Source: Octopus vulgaris
Lineage: Eukaryota
Direction of reading: 5' to 3'
Assembly: GCA_951406725.2 (NCBI GenBank)
Contig: OX597819.1
Location: 12,152,001-12,216,000 of the forward strand
Length of the DNA stretch: 64,000 bases
Shown here: positions 25,890 through 38,703 of the stretch, piece by piece
Position numbering within the stretch: the first letter of the stretch is position 1
How the letters are laid out: every line of letters starts with the position of its first letter
Notes under the pieces: model-generated
Databases searched by the model: none
Told to the model about the DNA's origin: nothing
The model's input: the letters and a program-made list of their open reading frames with translations, nothing else
Made by a program: the position numbers and the translations under genes

Positions 25890-26051
25890 TCTTACCTTAA
25901 TATATTGCTTCTCCTGAATAACTACCCATTGTTAACATCAATCATAAATAATTATAACTCCCGCTATGATTGCTTAGCTTCGCTAAATGCTTTGCGAGAA
26001 ACTCGGATGGCGATGTTATATGACTTCTATTGGTCACTTCCAGTCACGTGG
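25890..26051 (-). promoter_or_regulatory. Promoter/exon-1 module P3 (upstream of ZF3)
   Basis: E-box at 26043-26050, ATTGG (CCAAT on minus) at 26029-26033, degenerate YY1 at ~26005, donor at ~25895. Confidence 0.65.
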
Positions 26052-26089
26052 TCTACAGACTTTTTTTTTCGCAGCAGAAGACTTTCACG

Positions 26090-26285
26090 CGAAATGCGGG
26101 GCCGTATTTCGTCTGCCTTTACGTTCTGAGTTCAAATTCCGCCGAGGTCGACTTTGCCTTTCATCCTTTCGGGGTCGATAAATTAAGTACCAGTTACGTA
26201 CTGGAGTCGATGTAATCGACTTAATCCGTTTGTCTGTCCTTGTTTGTCCCCTCTATGTTTAGCTCCTTGTGTGTAAGAAACAGAT
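26090..26285 (+). mobile_element. SINE family B, 5'-truncated, just upstream of P3
   Basis: Similar to 31780-31970. Confidence 0.8.
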
Positions 26286-28089
26286 ACATCATTTCTCGTC
26301 CGAAACCCTTTGGAGCAGGCACGTTTTCGATTTTAGAAATAGCAGTATGGTTAATGTTTACAAGTACACCGGCACGAAAAAAATCGCCTTTTATTTTTTA
26401 ATCTTTCAGCGGATTCCTGTTTTCGATTACGGAGATTCTCAATATGCCAAAAATTACTTCCACCCCATCCCCAATTTTTACATTCTAACTTATTTTCGAT
26501 TTTTTTTTTCAATCTACGTGGGAAAATATGGATATTAAGAATATGGAAAAAAATTAATTTCAGGGCTAATGCAGTTTCGCACCTCTCCTTGAAAAAATTG
26601 GATCTCTACCTTTTGACCAACAGATTTATAAAAAAACTTTTCGTAACTAAACACTTTCAAACTTCGGACACTGGTAGAATGCGTCATATAAAACATCTTT
26701 TACTCTTGGCGTTTTTGAGAAAAGCTTATATGTGGGAAGTTATTTCACGTTCGAGTTGTTGTATTTTGGTAATTTCAACCAATCAATGACGTGTATTCAG
26801 CTGAATAAAATTACTGCCGTTGTTTGTCGACAACAACTATCGGCGGTGTATATTTCGTTTTTCACTGTTATTTATGACATCGTTCGTGTGTTTGTACTGG
26901 TTTTAGCTTTAAGGTTTTAGGGTTAGAGTTGTCAGAAGGAGTTGCTTATCATCAGGATCAGAAAGTTAAACATCAATCAGGATACATGCAGAGAGACAGA
27001 GAGCAAAAGACTGAAGGGTAGAGTTTGGTGAAAACGGAATATTTCTGTGAGGTTGTGAAGGTAACTGGCCTTGGTAAAGTTTGTGAAGGTATTGGCCTTG
27101 GTAAAGTTTGCAGCAAACTGAGGGACTTTAGGACAGCCTGTGCGTTTGTGTGCATTGTAGAATGGGTAGAAACCGTTTGTACAATGGAATTGATTGCAGA
27201 GATTTTTCAACAGAACTACTTTGAGAATAACATTGTTTGGGAGATGGAGGAAACTAGGATTCTTCATAGTCAGTAGTAATCCTGTTGGTATACAAAGATC
27301 AGTTGGTGTTTAGGAACTGGGTAAGGAGTATCTAGTTTGCAGTGATGGGTGGTTTGGTTCATTGTAGTTGTTTTGTGTCTGAACGGCTGGAGTGATGCTA
27401 TGAGTAAAGCTTCAGGGCCATGTGGGATATGGACGGGCACATGTAAGAGAATGATAGCAGTCACCTACCTTGATCCATCTTCTGATGGATCAACAGTGAA
27501 ACACAATAATAGGGACACTTAACACAACTGCAGGAGCTCTGTTCAGCTTACTCAAACTACTTAAAGGTCCAGGTTATTGTGATTAAAAAGTAATCAGTTT
27601 TGCAAAGATTGTTATGAGTTGGGTCTAGGGAAGCAAAACAAAGATTATTTGAAATGACTGTGAATCAGTTAGTGATGAGTGACAAGGGGAGATGAGTTGT
27701 TGTAGTGAGATGAGGACTGAGAGAGATTCAGGTTGAATTTAGTGAAGATGGCAGAAATAGTTCTTCATCTGAACAGTTGACAGGTGTCGTGATATGGTTA
27801 TGTCTTGCAGATTCTTACACCTGTGACATTAGGTAGTGTTGGTGAGTGGTTTTCAGGAGCAATGGCAGTGTGGAATTACTGTAAATTTTAGTTCTTGTGT
27901 CTGCATCTTCAGCCACTTGTGATTCTTTACCTAGATTTACTAGAAAATCAAAAGTACTATGCCACCAGATCCATAACAAGTATGATTATATAATCAAGTG
28001 TCATTTCTGAATACTCATTGTATCCTCATGACAACCATGGGGCCTCACATCAAAATAATATTATTAAGTTATAATATTGTTATACTTCA

Positions 28090-28290
28090 AGGCAGCAAGC
28101 TGGCAGAAATGTTAGTATGCCAGGTAAAATGCTTAGCAGTATTGCGTCTATCTTTACATTCTGAGTTCAACTATGCCTTTCATCCTTTCAGGGTTGAAAA
28201 ATCAAGTACCAGTTGCATACGAGGGATCTATCTAATTGACTGGTCACCTTCCCTAAAAGTTTCAGACCTTGGGTCTTGAGTAGAAAAGAA
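28090..28290 (+). mobile_element. SINE family B-related, diverged
   Basis: ggcagcaagctggcagaaatg head and gcctttcatcctttc core. Confidence 0.7.
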
Positions 28291-29548
28291 TATTGTTATA
28301 CATAATGATGGTCATATTTTGCCAATTAAACACCCTCTATATATTTGGTCTTCTCTTCAGATTTATCATTATTCTAGTTTCTTTCTTAAAGCTCTCTCAT
28401 TACACATCCTGTGACCTCTTCAGTAACTCTCTATCCCATGTCTCTTGTTCTGCTTATTCCATTTTGTATTTCTGTGGTATGTATCCATATCTGTGCAACA
28501 ATTTGCATCTGTATCTGGGTGTGTTTTGTGTACATATGTGCTTGCTTACTACATTGTTTGTACCTGGATCTTTTTTCTTCTTTGTCATTGTCTTTTGTAT
28601 ATGGGTTTATGTATTATACTGTATTTGTCATCAGGATACACAGTGTGCTGGAGTGGGGGTAATGTTATTCCATTCAAGTTTCCTGTTGAGTCTTAGTCTC
28701 TCTACTACTGTATGTGTGGCCTCCATATGTCTGATCTATGTGATAATGTCTTAACATCAATGTTATTAACCAAGCCTTCATGTTGGTAGAGCACTGATGA
28801 GCTTCTCTCCTCCTTCACCTTCTACCAATATGTGTAGTCATTCTGTTTCTCTTGCATATCTCACAACACCTAATACTATAAGCTACATTCCTCACTTTCC
28901 AGTTTATTTGTGGGTTCATCCTACACACTATTCAGTTACTCTCCTTACAGGTGGTTCATTCAAATGGCAATGTTCTACAGATTTGCTATTTTATGGAGGT
29001 CCCTGGCTTTTCTACTACTTTAATACATAGATTCACCTTATCTAAGGTTTCCCCAAAAATATATGCTCGTTCACCTACAGGGGTATCATCTACAACCATA
29101 ATACTCTGGTATTTTCAGTTTATCATACCATGAGCTAGTTGCCATATCTATCTTCTTTGTCCTTTCCATGCTATTCCAGGATTACTTGTGTATAGTGGGC
29201 ACATCCCAATTTGCATCATTCTCCATGATGGCCTTGTATTTAGTCCTGGCTCCTTTGTACACTTTGAACCTATCCTCTTGACAGTATCCAGAGAACTACA
29301 TGCAGTGGATGAAGTGTTGTATGTCTCCCTATTTCTGTTGCATTGCTAGTAATAACAACGGTTTTCTCACTCTAACCATATCATACGATATATATGACCT
29401 AACAAGTAACATTAAAAATGAAAAATTTACTACAATTTCCAAGAATACACCACTCATATTATAAACATTTATAGCACTTTAATAACATTCATATACATAA
29501 ATTCTTTAGTACAAATCTAACGACAATATGGTTTTATACTATACTTTC

Positions 29549-29903
29549 CTACAAAAGCCAGTGGTAAGGTTTATTTCCATCATTAAAAGTACATTTATGA
29601 GTAGATATATAATCACTACGATGAAATGATTTCCCACAAATAACACAGCTGTATGGTTTTCCCCCAGTATGAGTATGATTATGTCTCATTAAAGACCTCA
29701 AATTAGAAAATGTTTTGCCACAGATTTCACAGTGGTGAGGTTTCTCTCCAGTGTGTGTACGTATATGTCCTTTTAAGCTGCCACTATTGGAAAATTCTTT
29801 GCTAGAAACTTCACACTGATATGGTTTTTCTCCAGTATGAGAGCATTTAAGAATTACCACGACAGATTTTTCAGAAAATTCTTCCCCCCATATTTCACAT
29901 TAG
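29549..29903 (-). pseudogene. Fossil fingers 13-16 downstream of the ZF4 stop (still largely open, 103-aa ORF)
   Basis: ORF 29549..29860 encodes [11 protein letters not shown]...CEICGKTFSNLRSLMRH...[21 protein letters not shown]. Homologous decayed tails follow every ZF copy. Confidence 0.8.
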
Positions 29904-30932
29904 TTATGGCTTTTCCCCAGTATGAATACGTCTATGTCTTGTTAAACTGGTTTTAAGTGAAAATTCTTTTCCACATATTAAACAGTGATATGGTGTCTCT
30001 CCTGTGTGAATGCGTCTGTGTCTTCTTAAACTACCATTTACAGAAAATGCTTTGCCACAGATTTCACAGTGATGTGGTTTTTCTCCAGTATGAATACGTT
30101 TGTGATTTCTTAGACTGCACCTACCAGAAAAATCTTTTCCACAAACTTCACAGTGATATGGTTTCTCTCCTGTGTGAATTCGTTTGTGTAATGTTAAGAC
30201 ATATTTTTCAGGAAAAGCTTTCCCACAGATTTCACAGTGGTGTTGTTTTTCCCCTGTGTGAACACGTTTATGCCTTATTAAGGTACGACTAATTGTAAAC
30301 CCTTTCCCACATATGTCACAATGATATGGCTTCTCTCCAGTGTGAACTCGTTTGTGGACTGTTAAAGACTCTTTTACAGAAAATGTTTTACCACAGATTT
30401 CACAGTGGTAAGGTTTTGAATGCACACCTCTGTGTCTTTCAAAGTTACTCACATTAGAAAAAGCTTTCCCACAATCATCACACCTGTATGGCTCCTCCCC
30501 AGTGTGAGTACGTTTGTGTCTTGTTAAATTATTAACTTGAGAAAATGTTTTGCCACAAATTTCACAATGGTATTGTTTTTCTCCAGTGTGAATAAGCCGA
30601 TGACTTCTTACGCTATTGAACTGTGAAAATGCTTTGCCACAGATTTCACAGTGAAATGGTTTTTCCCCTGTGTGTGTACGTTTGTGTTTCTTTATATAAC
30701 CTTGATTAGAAAATGATTTTCCACATATTTCACAGTGAAATGGTTTCTCTCCTGTGTGTGTACGGTTGTGTTCTATTAAATTTGCTTTCTGAGTGAATGT
30801 TTTCTCACATACTTCACAGTGGTATGGCTTTTCCCCAGTATGAGTGCGCCTATGAATAGCTAAATTACATTTTGTAGTAAGTAATTTGCCACAAATATCA
30901 CATTTGTAACGTTTGCTCACTTTCTGAAACAT
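29904..30932 (-). CDS. ZF4: C2H2 zinc-finger protein, 12 fingers, 342 aa
   Basis: Intact ORF with 12 C2H2 repeats ending KP-TAA; acceptor at ~31063. Confidence 0.93.
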   Translation of the reverse strand: MFQKVSKRYKCDICGKLLTTKCNLAIHRRTHTGEKPYHCEVCEKTFTQKANLIEHNRTHTGEKPFHCEICGKSFSNQGYIKKHKRTHTGEKPFHCEICGKAFSQFNSVRSHRLIHTGEKQYHCEICGKTFSQVNNLTRHKRTHTGEEPYRCDDCGKAFSNVSNFERHRGVHSKPYHCEICGKTFSVKESLTVHKRVHTGEKPYHCDICGKGFTISRTLIRHKRVHTGEKQHHCEICGKAFPEKYVLTLHKRIHTGEKPYHCEVCGKDFSGRCSLRNHKRIHTGEKPHHCEICGKAFSVNGSLRRHRRIHTGETPYHCLICGKEFSLKTSLTRHRRIHTGEKP

Positions 30933-31745
30933 TCTCTCGGTTAATTTTTACAGTTTTTTTCTTTCATTCTGAAGACATAAATTGGTTGATAAATCTTTCT
31001 ACCCTAATACAGCAGACTTGCAGTATCCTCTGCAGAATATCTTCTTTCCATTGGAAATATGTCCTGAAATAAAATAAAATAAATATTAGATACTAATGAC
31101 CAAAAAGTTGTGAAATGAGTAGCTATTTATGTTGTATATAATTGACCATTCTCATTAATATCGCATAATCATAGATCAGTAAGTCACAACTTTTATCTAC
31201 ATTACCTCTGTTCAGGATTAATAGAATATTCCCTAAGTCCTCATCATTTATTATTTAATGTCCATTTTCGATGCTGGCAAGGGTTGGACAATTTGACAGG
31301 AACCAGAAAAGTCTCCACCAGGCTCCATCGACTGTTTCTGTATGGTTTCTACAGTTTGATACCCTTCCTAATGCCAACCACTTTACAGAGTGTATAATGA
31401 CTTCTCTATGTAAACATTTCTAAAAAAAAATACTTTCACCCCATTTGTAGTGGGTGAGAGTGTTATTGTCTTATTTGGTAGCAATAATTGACAATGCTTT
31501 CGAGTTGTCACGGAAACAACCGAGGTCTTGTTATAGTTTTGTAGAGTTAAAACGAAGGAACGCCAAGCATTGGTTAATTACTACTGCATCATTTTTATAA
31601 ACAGTAAGTGAATCGGACCGTCAAGTATTTATTTTGACCAGTGTACGAGAAACTAGATATACTGCCTAATACATATATTTTTCATATAGTCTGTATAGAG
31701 GCCAGGGACTTGGAAAAATTGTAAGCGGTATATGTATTCTGGAAA

Positions 31746-31973
31746 GGCGGCGAGCTGGCAGAAACGTTAGCACGCCGGATGAAATGCTTAGCGGTATTTC
31801 GTCTGTCGTTACGTTGTGAGTTCAAATTCCGCCGAGGTTGACTTTGCCTTTCATCCTTTCGGGGTCAATAAATTAAGTACCAGTTCCGCACTGGGTCGAT
31901 TTAATCGACTTAATACCTGTCTGTCCTTGTTTGTCCCCTCTATGTTTAGCCCCTTGTGGGTAATAAAGAAATA
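31746..31973 (+). mobile_element. SINE family B, full length with 17-bp TSD
   Basis: TSD ggtatatgtattctgga at 31727-31743 and 31974-31990; A/B boxes; tail ccccttgtgggtaataaagaaata. Confidence 0.9.
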
Positions 31974-32117
31974 GGTATATGTATTCTGGATTTAAGGACA
32001 CCGACTTAAAAATCTAGCTTGTTTACTGTGCTTATCATGTCTCCTGGGATCATACACTAAGTACGAACCAAGAACTGGTATCGATTTCTATTTCCTGCAA
32101 TTAAATAAACGAAAGGG

Positions 32118-32328
32118 GGCAATCCTTCGATATAACTCGACAAAACCAAAACAAACATTCGACTGTTTCCGTGATAATTCGACAGTTGCAGCGTGAAGGA
32201 GAAGAAAGCTAACGGGTTGTGTGCGTGGTGCGTGCTTAACTGTCACGGAGATATCCGAAGTGAATTGTCGAGTTTGTCACGGAAACAGTCGAGTGTTTGT
32301 TTTGGTTTTGTCGATTTACATCGAAGGA
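32118..32328. mobile_element. MITE, same family as 54646-54913 (half copy at ~31500-31564)
   Basis: TIRs ccttcgat...caaaaccaaaacaaaca...tgtttccgtga; absent at the paralogous site ~39445. Confidence 0.8.
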
Positions 32329-32618
32329 ACGAGCGTTCACGGACAAGAAAATTTTTTTGAAACACTCTCCGGACACAGGAAACTTTCTAATATTTACCAG
32401 CAAATGTTAACCTGGTCACAAAACCATCACACCTATCCACGTCAGCCAGGTATTTAAGAGACGAGACAACATCAAACAAACGAAATAACAGCTATTTACA
32501 GAGGAGAGGCTAGTTAATTGGGCTGACCCTTAATTAAAGGAAGGCCTTTTATATCGACCCACGATGCAAAGCAATGATCTATATTAAACACATACAAACA
32601 ATAGATAAATAAGCGTTC

Positions 32619-32793
32619 TCTTACCTTAATATATTGCTTCTCCTGAATAACAACCAATTGTTAACATCAATCATAGACAACGGCTGCTAAACAATTATAA
32701 CACTTGCCATGACGACTCAGCTTCGGTAAATCTTCTGTGGGAGACTGCGATGCGGTGTTATATGAATTCTATTGGTCACTTCAAGTCACGTGA
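32619..32793 (-). promoter_or_regulatory. Promoter/exon-1 module P4 (upstream of ZF4)
   Basis: E-box at 32785-32793, ATTGG at 32771-32775, donor at ~32624. Confidence 0.65.
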
Positions 32794-33629
32794 TCTGCAG
32801 ACTAAGTTTTCTTTCGTTCTTTATTTGTCAGAAGAGTTTCACCCGAAGCGGTCGGTCACGGTTAGCGTGGAATATCTTCTGTGTAGCTGTTGTATTGATA
32901 CACACACACACACCTTTTTCTCGTCGGAAACCCTTAGTAGCTGGAGTGTTTTGAATTTTGGAAATAGTAGTGCAATATACTCGTGGGACATATCCTCGAA
33001 TATATGTCGTAGCTTCCTGAAATAGCCTCGGTCGAACTTACGTGCGAATTTGGAAACAAAATACTAATCGTAGCTTGAACAGATAGGCATACCATTAAAG
33101 TGAATTCTGAGACCTAGTCTACGAGAGCATATCGACGGTTTCACTAACTTACCATAATTATGAGAAAAATGCGTGGTGTGGGTCCATGCGATCATATCTG
33201 GTGCTAAGCGTAATCTCTGGTGTGAAAAACCCTAACACCACTTGTATTGCATCCCATCTTTCCAGGGCTAAAATTGAATTTAGAGAGATTCCGCTTCACG
33301 CGAAGTTCTTCTATCAAAATATGGAATATCAATGAAAACAACAGACACTTTTTTTTTTCCATTAAGATCAAATTGAAATCTTTGAAAAATACGGAAAATG
33401 TGCAAGGGAAATGGACGTGGACTTTAAAATTAATTAAAAGATATTATCGAAAATTTCTGGTTGCTTTTAAACCTTAAACGCCTCTAGAGTTGGCCTTTTT
33501 GTTGGTAGAAAATTTTGCACGTGATTGAAGATATTTTCCTAACTAGTGAACACAGATGGAAGCCTTTAGGAAACAAAAGCGTAGATAGATTGAGTACAAC
33601 TTGATATAGGGTTAACAATACGTTTAGAA

Positions 33630-33808
33630 CAGTGGTTTTCAACCAGGGTTCCGCAAGAAGTTACAAAACTGCTAAAATCGGCAGTAGTTTTTAATTCCCC
33701 TGTGCAGATATGTGTGCATAAGACTATTAAATTATTGCACAGGGGTTCCTCGAGCCAGTGGAATGTTTCCTTGGGGTTCCGCTCCAGCAAAAAGTTTCAA
33801 AAGCACTG
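33630..33808. mobile_element. hAT (Charlie-like) MITE
   Basis: TIR cagtggttttcaac / tttcaaaagcactg; 8-bp TSD gtttagaa/ttttagaa; empty site at ~40633. Confidence 0.85.
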
Positions 33809-35209
33809 TTTTAGAAGATGAAATTAAATCAAGAGGAGGCTCACTTGTGCGGAATAAAGAAGCATCATTTCGATTAATTGTAACCAAAGTTTGGTAGCTC
33901 TCTGCACATGTCTGAGCATTTGAGAACTGGAAATAGTTCGGAGTTGACCTTTCAGGAGTTGCTTATCATTGAAAATGTAAACATTACTTTAAGATACATT
34001 CAGAAAGACAGAGAGAGAGAAAAACAGATTGAAGGGTAGAGTTTGGTGAAAACAGAATATTTCTGTGAGGTTGTGACTGGAAGTAACTGAAATGGTCTTT
34101 GTTAGAGTTATTGCCCTTGGTAAGTTTGCAGCAAACTATGGTACTTAAGGACTTCGTCTGTGTACAATGGAATTGGTTGCAGAGCCATTTCCACAGAACT
34201 ACTCAGAGAACAACGTTGTTTCAGAGATGGAGCGAACTAGGATTCTTTGTAGTCAGTAGTGGTCTTTTTGGTATACAAAGCTCAGTCGGAGTTTAGGAAC
34301 TGAGTAAAGATTATCTAGTTTGCAGGGATGGGTGGTTTGGTTCAAGCAATCTAGTTGTGTCTGGACGGCTGGAAGTAAAGCATTCAGGGCCATGTGAGAT
34401 ATGGATGGACATAGGCAAAGAATCAGTGTAGTCACTAGCCTTGATCTTTCTGACGGATCAACATGATACTAAGATAATTAATACAACTGGTGCAGCTCTG
34501 CCTATTCACCTTACTCATTGTGATAGGGAAGGGATCAGTTCACTTAATAAGTGCAAAGATGATTATGGGTTGGGTGTTTGGGATAAGAAAGATATAAAGA
34601 CTATTTGGAATGACTGTGAATCAGTCAGCTTGTGTGATGAAAGGAGACGAGTTGATGTAGAGAAGTGAGGGCTGAGAAAGATTTGAGATGAACCTGGTGA
34701 GGGTTAAGAGAGGGATAGTTATGTTCTTCATCTGACACATCTGAATAGTTGTCTGATGTCATGATCAGGTTACTTCTCGCAGACCCTTATAATTCTAAAT
34801 TTATGTAGTGTCTAAAGATGGTTTGCAGGAACGATAGCAGTATAGAATTACTGGAAACTTCTATTCCTGTATCTCTATCTTCAGACAGTTGTGATGCTTT
34901 ACCTAGATTTACTAGAAAATAAAAACTATGCCACCAGATCCATGACAACCATGGGGCTTTACATCAAAATGTTATAATCAAGGATGTTCATATTTTGCCA
35001 ATTAAACACACACTATATATTTGGTCATCAGCTTTATCATTATTCTAGTTTCTTTCTTAAAGCTCTTTCATCATGCACCCAGTGATCTCTTCAGTAACTC
35101 CCTATCCTACATGTTTCTTCTTCTTCTGCTTATTGCATTTTGTCTTTCTCTCACATGTATCCTTATCTGTGCAAGAATTTGTATCTGGGTGTGTATTTTG
35201 TGTGCGTCA

Positions 35210-35541
35210 TCGTTGTAGCGGCGCCTCACTGGCACTTGAACAAAACATTTGAGTGAGATCGTTGCCAGTGCTGCTGGACTGGCTCCTGTGCAGGTGGCAC
35301 GTAAAAAAACACCATTTTCGAGCATGGCCGTTGCCAGTACCGCCAGACTGGCCCTCATACCGGAGGCACTTTAAAAGCACCCACTACACTCTCGGAGTGG
35401 TTGGCGTTAGGAAGGGCATCCAGCTGTAGAAACTCTGCCAGATCAGATTGGAGCCCAGCGCAGCCTACTGGTTCGCCAATCCGCAGTCAAGTCATCCAAC
35501 CCATGCTAGCATAGAAAGCGGATGTTAAACGGTGATGATGA
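35210..35541 (+). mobile_element. RTE-type LINE/SINE 3' end
   Basis: ...ttggcgttaggaagggcatccagctgtagaaac...gttaaacggtgatgatga with a (GAT)n tail. An older antisense copy sits in most ZF introns (e.g. 10435-10580). Confidence 0.65.
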
Positions 35542-36904
35542 GTTTGCTTACTATGTTGTTTATACCTGGGTCTTTTATTTCTTGTCCTCTTTCTCATTGT
35601 CTTTCATACATCTTGTGTGTGTGTGTGTATGGATTCATATATTAAACTGTATCTGCCTTCCATCATCAGTAGGTGTGATGTTATTCCATTCATGTTTTCT
35701 GCTGATGATCAATCAACCTATTACTGTATGCCTGGCTTCCATAATCTGTCTGAGTGTCATGCCTGCTCTATGTGTTGATATGTTAACATCTGTTATTAAC
35801 CATGCCTTCATGTCCTAATTGAGCATGTTGGTAGAGCGCTGATGAGCTTCTCTCCTTCACCTCCCACCAGTGTATGTCATATCCTCTTTCTCTTCCATAC
35901 CTCACTACACTTTATATTTTAAGCTACATTCCTCACTTTACAGTTTATCCGTGGGTTCACCCTACACACTATACAGTTGCTCTCCTTACAGGTGGTTCAT
36001 TCAAATGGATACGTTTTACAGATCTGGTATTTTGTGGAGGTCTCTGGCATTTCTACTACTTTAATCCATAGATTCATCTTATCTAAGGTTTTCCCAAAAA
36101 CATATGCTAGTTCATCAACAAACATAATACTCTGGTAGTTTTAGTTATCATACCATGAGTTAGTTGGCCTTACCTATCTATCTTCATCCTTTCCATGCTA
36201 TTCCAGGATTTACTTGTGTATGGTGGGCACATCCCAATTTGCATCATTCTCCATGATGGCTTTGTATTTAATCCTGGCTCCTTTGTACACTTTGATCCTA
36301 TCCTTTGACAGTATCCAGAGACCTACATGTAGTGGATGAAGTGTTGTACGTCTCACTAATTTTGCCAGATTGCTAGTGGTAATATTAGTTGTAACATGTT
36401 TTCTCACTCTAACCATATCATGATACATGTGACCTAACAAGTAACATTAAAAATGAAAAATTTACAACATCCAAAGAATACACTAAACATGTTATAAACA
36501 TTTATATTAATTTAATAACATTCATATACATAAATTCTTTAATACAAATATCACAACAATATGGTTTTATACTATACTATCCTACAAAAGTCAGTGGTAA
36601 GATTTATCTTCATCATTAAAAGTACATTTTATGTGTAGATATATAATCACTGTGATTTCCCACAAATAACACAGCTGTATGGTTTTTCCCCAGTATGAGT
36701 ATGATTGTATCTTATTAAACACCTCAAGTTAGAAAATGCTTTGCCACAGATTTCTAGTGTGTGTTGTGTATGCTTTTTTAAGCTGCCACTCTTGGAAAAT
36801 TCCTTCCTACAAACTTCACACTGATATGGTTTTTACCCAGTATGAGTGCATTTATAAACTAATAGGACAGATATTTCAGAAAATATTTTCCCATTTATTT
36901 CTCA

Positions 36905-37936
36905 TTAGTGTGGCTTTTCTCCAGTATGAATACGGTTATGTATCATTAAGCTGGTCTGAAATGAAAATTTTTTTCCACATATTAAACAGTGATATGGTGT
37001 CTCTCCTGTGTGAATACGTCTGTGGGTTTTTAAACTACCATTTTGAGAAAATGCTTTGCCACAGATTTCACAGGAGTATGGTTTTTCTCCAGTATGTACA
37101 CGTTTGTGATTTCCTAAGCTGCTGATGTCAGGAAAATCTTTTCCACAATCTTCACAGTGATATGGTTTCTCTCCTGTGTGACCACGTTTATGCCTCATTA
37201 AGGTTTCTCTGTTTGTAAATCCTTTCCCACATACTTCACAATGATATGGCTTCTCTCCAGTGTGAATACGTTTGTGAACTGTTAAAGACTTCTTAACAGA
37301 AAATGCTTTATCACAGATTTCACAGTGGAAAGGCTTCGAATGAACACCTCTGTGTATTTCACAGGCACCTGCATTAGAAAAAGCTTTCCCACAATCATCA
37401 CACTTGTATGGCTTCTCCCCAGTATGAGTACGTTCATGTCTTGTTAAATTACCAACTTGAGAAAATGTTTTGCCACAAATTTCACAATGGTATCGTTTTT
37501 CTCCTGTGTGAATAAGCTGATGAAGTCTTGCACTACTACAGTCTGAAAATGCTTTGCCACAGATTTCACAGTTGTATGGTTTCTCTCCTGTGTGTGTACG
37601 TTTATGTGTTTTTATATAACCTTTAGTGGAAAATGATTTTCCACAGATTTCACAATGAAATGGCTTCTCTCCTGTGTGTGTACGTTTGTGAATCTTTATA
37701 TTATCTTTATAAGAAAATGATTTTCCACATATTTCACAGTGAAATGGCTTCTCTCCTGTATGTGTCCGTTTGTGTTCTCTTAAATTTCCTTTTTGAGAGA
37801 ATGTTTTCTCACATACGTCACAGTTGTATGACTTCCCCCCAGTATGAGTGCGCCTATGAATAGCTAAATTAGATTTTGTAGTAAGATCTTTGCCACAAAT
37901 ATCACATTTGTAACGTTTGCTCACTTTCTGAAACAT
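36905..37936 (-). CDS. ZF5: C2H2 zinc-finger protein, 12 fingers (finger 3 duplicated, finger 9 absent), 343 aa
   Basis: Intact ORF. Two finger-3-type repeats (SYKDNIKIH, STKGYIKTH) and no PEKY-LTLH finger. Ends KPH-TAA-TGA; acceptor at ~38065. Confidence 0.93.
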   Translation of the reverse strand: MFQKVSKRYKCDICGKDLTTKSNLAIHRRTHTGGKSYNCDVCEKTFSQKGNLREHKRTHTGEKPFHCEICGKSFSYKDNIKIHKRTHTGEKPFHCEICGKSFSTKGYIKTHKRTHTGEKPYNCEICGKAFSDCSSARLHQLIHTGEKRYHCEICGKTFSQVGNLTRHERTHTGEKPYKCDDCGKAFSNAGACEIHRGVHSKPFHCEICDKAFSVKKSLTVHKRIHTGEKPYHCEVCGKGFTNRETLMRHKRGHTGEKPYHCEDCGKDFPDISSLGNHKRVHTGEKPYSCEICGKAFSQNGSLKTHRRIHTGETPYHCLICGKKFSFQTSLMIHNRIHTGEKPH

Positions 37937-38464
37937 TCTCTCAGTTAATTTTTAGTCTTATTCTTTCATTCTGAAGACATAAATTGGTTGATAAATCTCT
38001 CTACCCTAACACAGCAGATTTGCAGTATCCTCTGCAGAAAATCTTCTTTCCATTGGAAATATGTCCTGAAAGAAAAAGAAAATAAATATTAGATACTAAC
38101 AACCAAAAAGTTGTGAAATGAGTAGCTATTTGTGTTTGTGATTGACTCTTCTCAATAATATCTTAAAATCACAAATTAGCAACTCTCCACTTTTACTTAT
38201 CTTGTCTCTGTTCAGTTTTAATAGAATATTCCCTAAGTCCTAATCATTATTATTTAATGTCCATTTTCGATGCTGATAGGAACCAGCAAGGCCCCACCAG
38301 GCTCCATTGTCTGTTTTGACATGGTTTCTACAGCAGGATGCCCTTCCTAATGCCAACCACCTTATAGAGTGTATAATGCATTCTCCCCTAAGTAAACATT
38401 TCTAAAAGAAATGCTTTCCCCCTTTTGTGGTGGGTGAGAGTGTTGTTGTCTTATTTGGAAGCAA

Positions 38465-38703
38465 TCTTTATATATAAAAGTAAGGTTGTGTGTCTGTCTC
38501 CTACGATTTAGATTCCTAACTACTCCCACATTTTGCGGTGCAGTGTAACCAAAACCGGGTATCTTACGATGAGTCAACGATTTAAAAAAAAATTTACCAT
38601 CATTTTTTTTCCATCTTTTTGCTAATTTTTGGCTATAACTCTCTAAAAATGCTTTATAGTTATTTCCCTTACAAACCCGAGCAACGCCGGGCGATACTGC
38701 TAG
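38465..38703 (+). mobile_element. Non-autonomous Helitron
   Basis: A/TC...cccgagcaacgccggg...CTAG/T. The empty site gcaa/taattaataatg at ~10673 shows no TSD. Confidence 0.85.

Noticed and set aside
26029-26050. ERSE (ATF6/NF-Y) element
   Set aside because: Orientation and spacing do not match CCAAT-N9-CCACG or ATTGG-N-CCACG.
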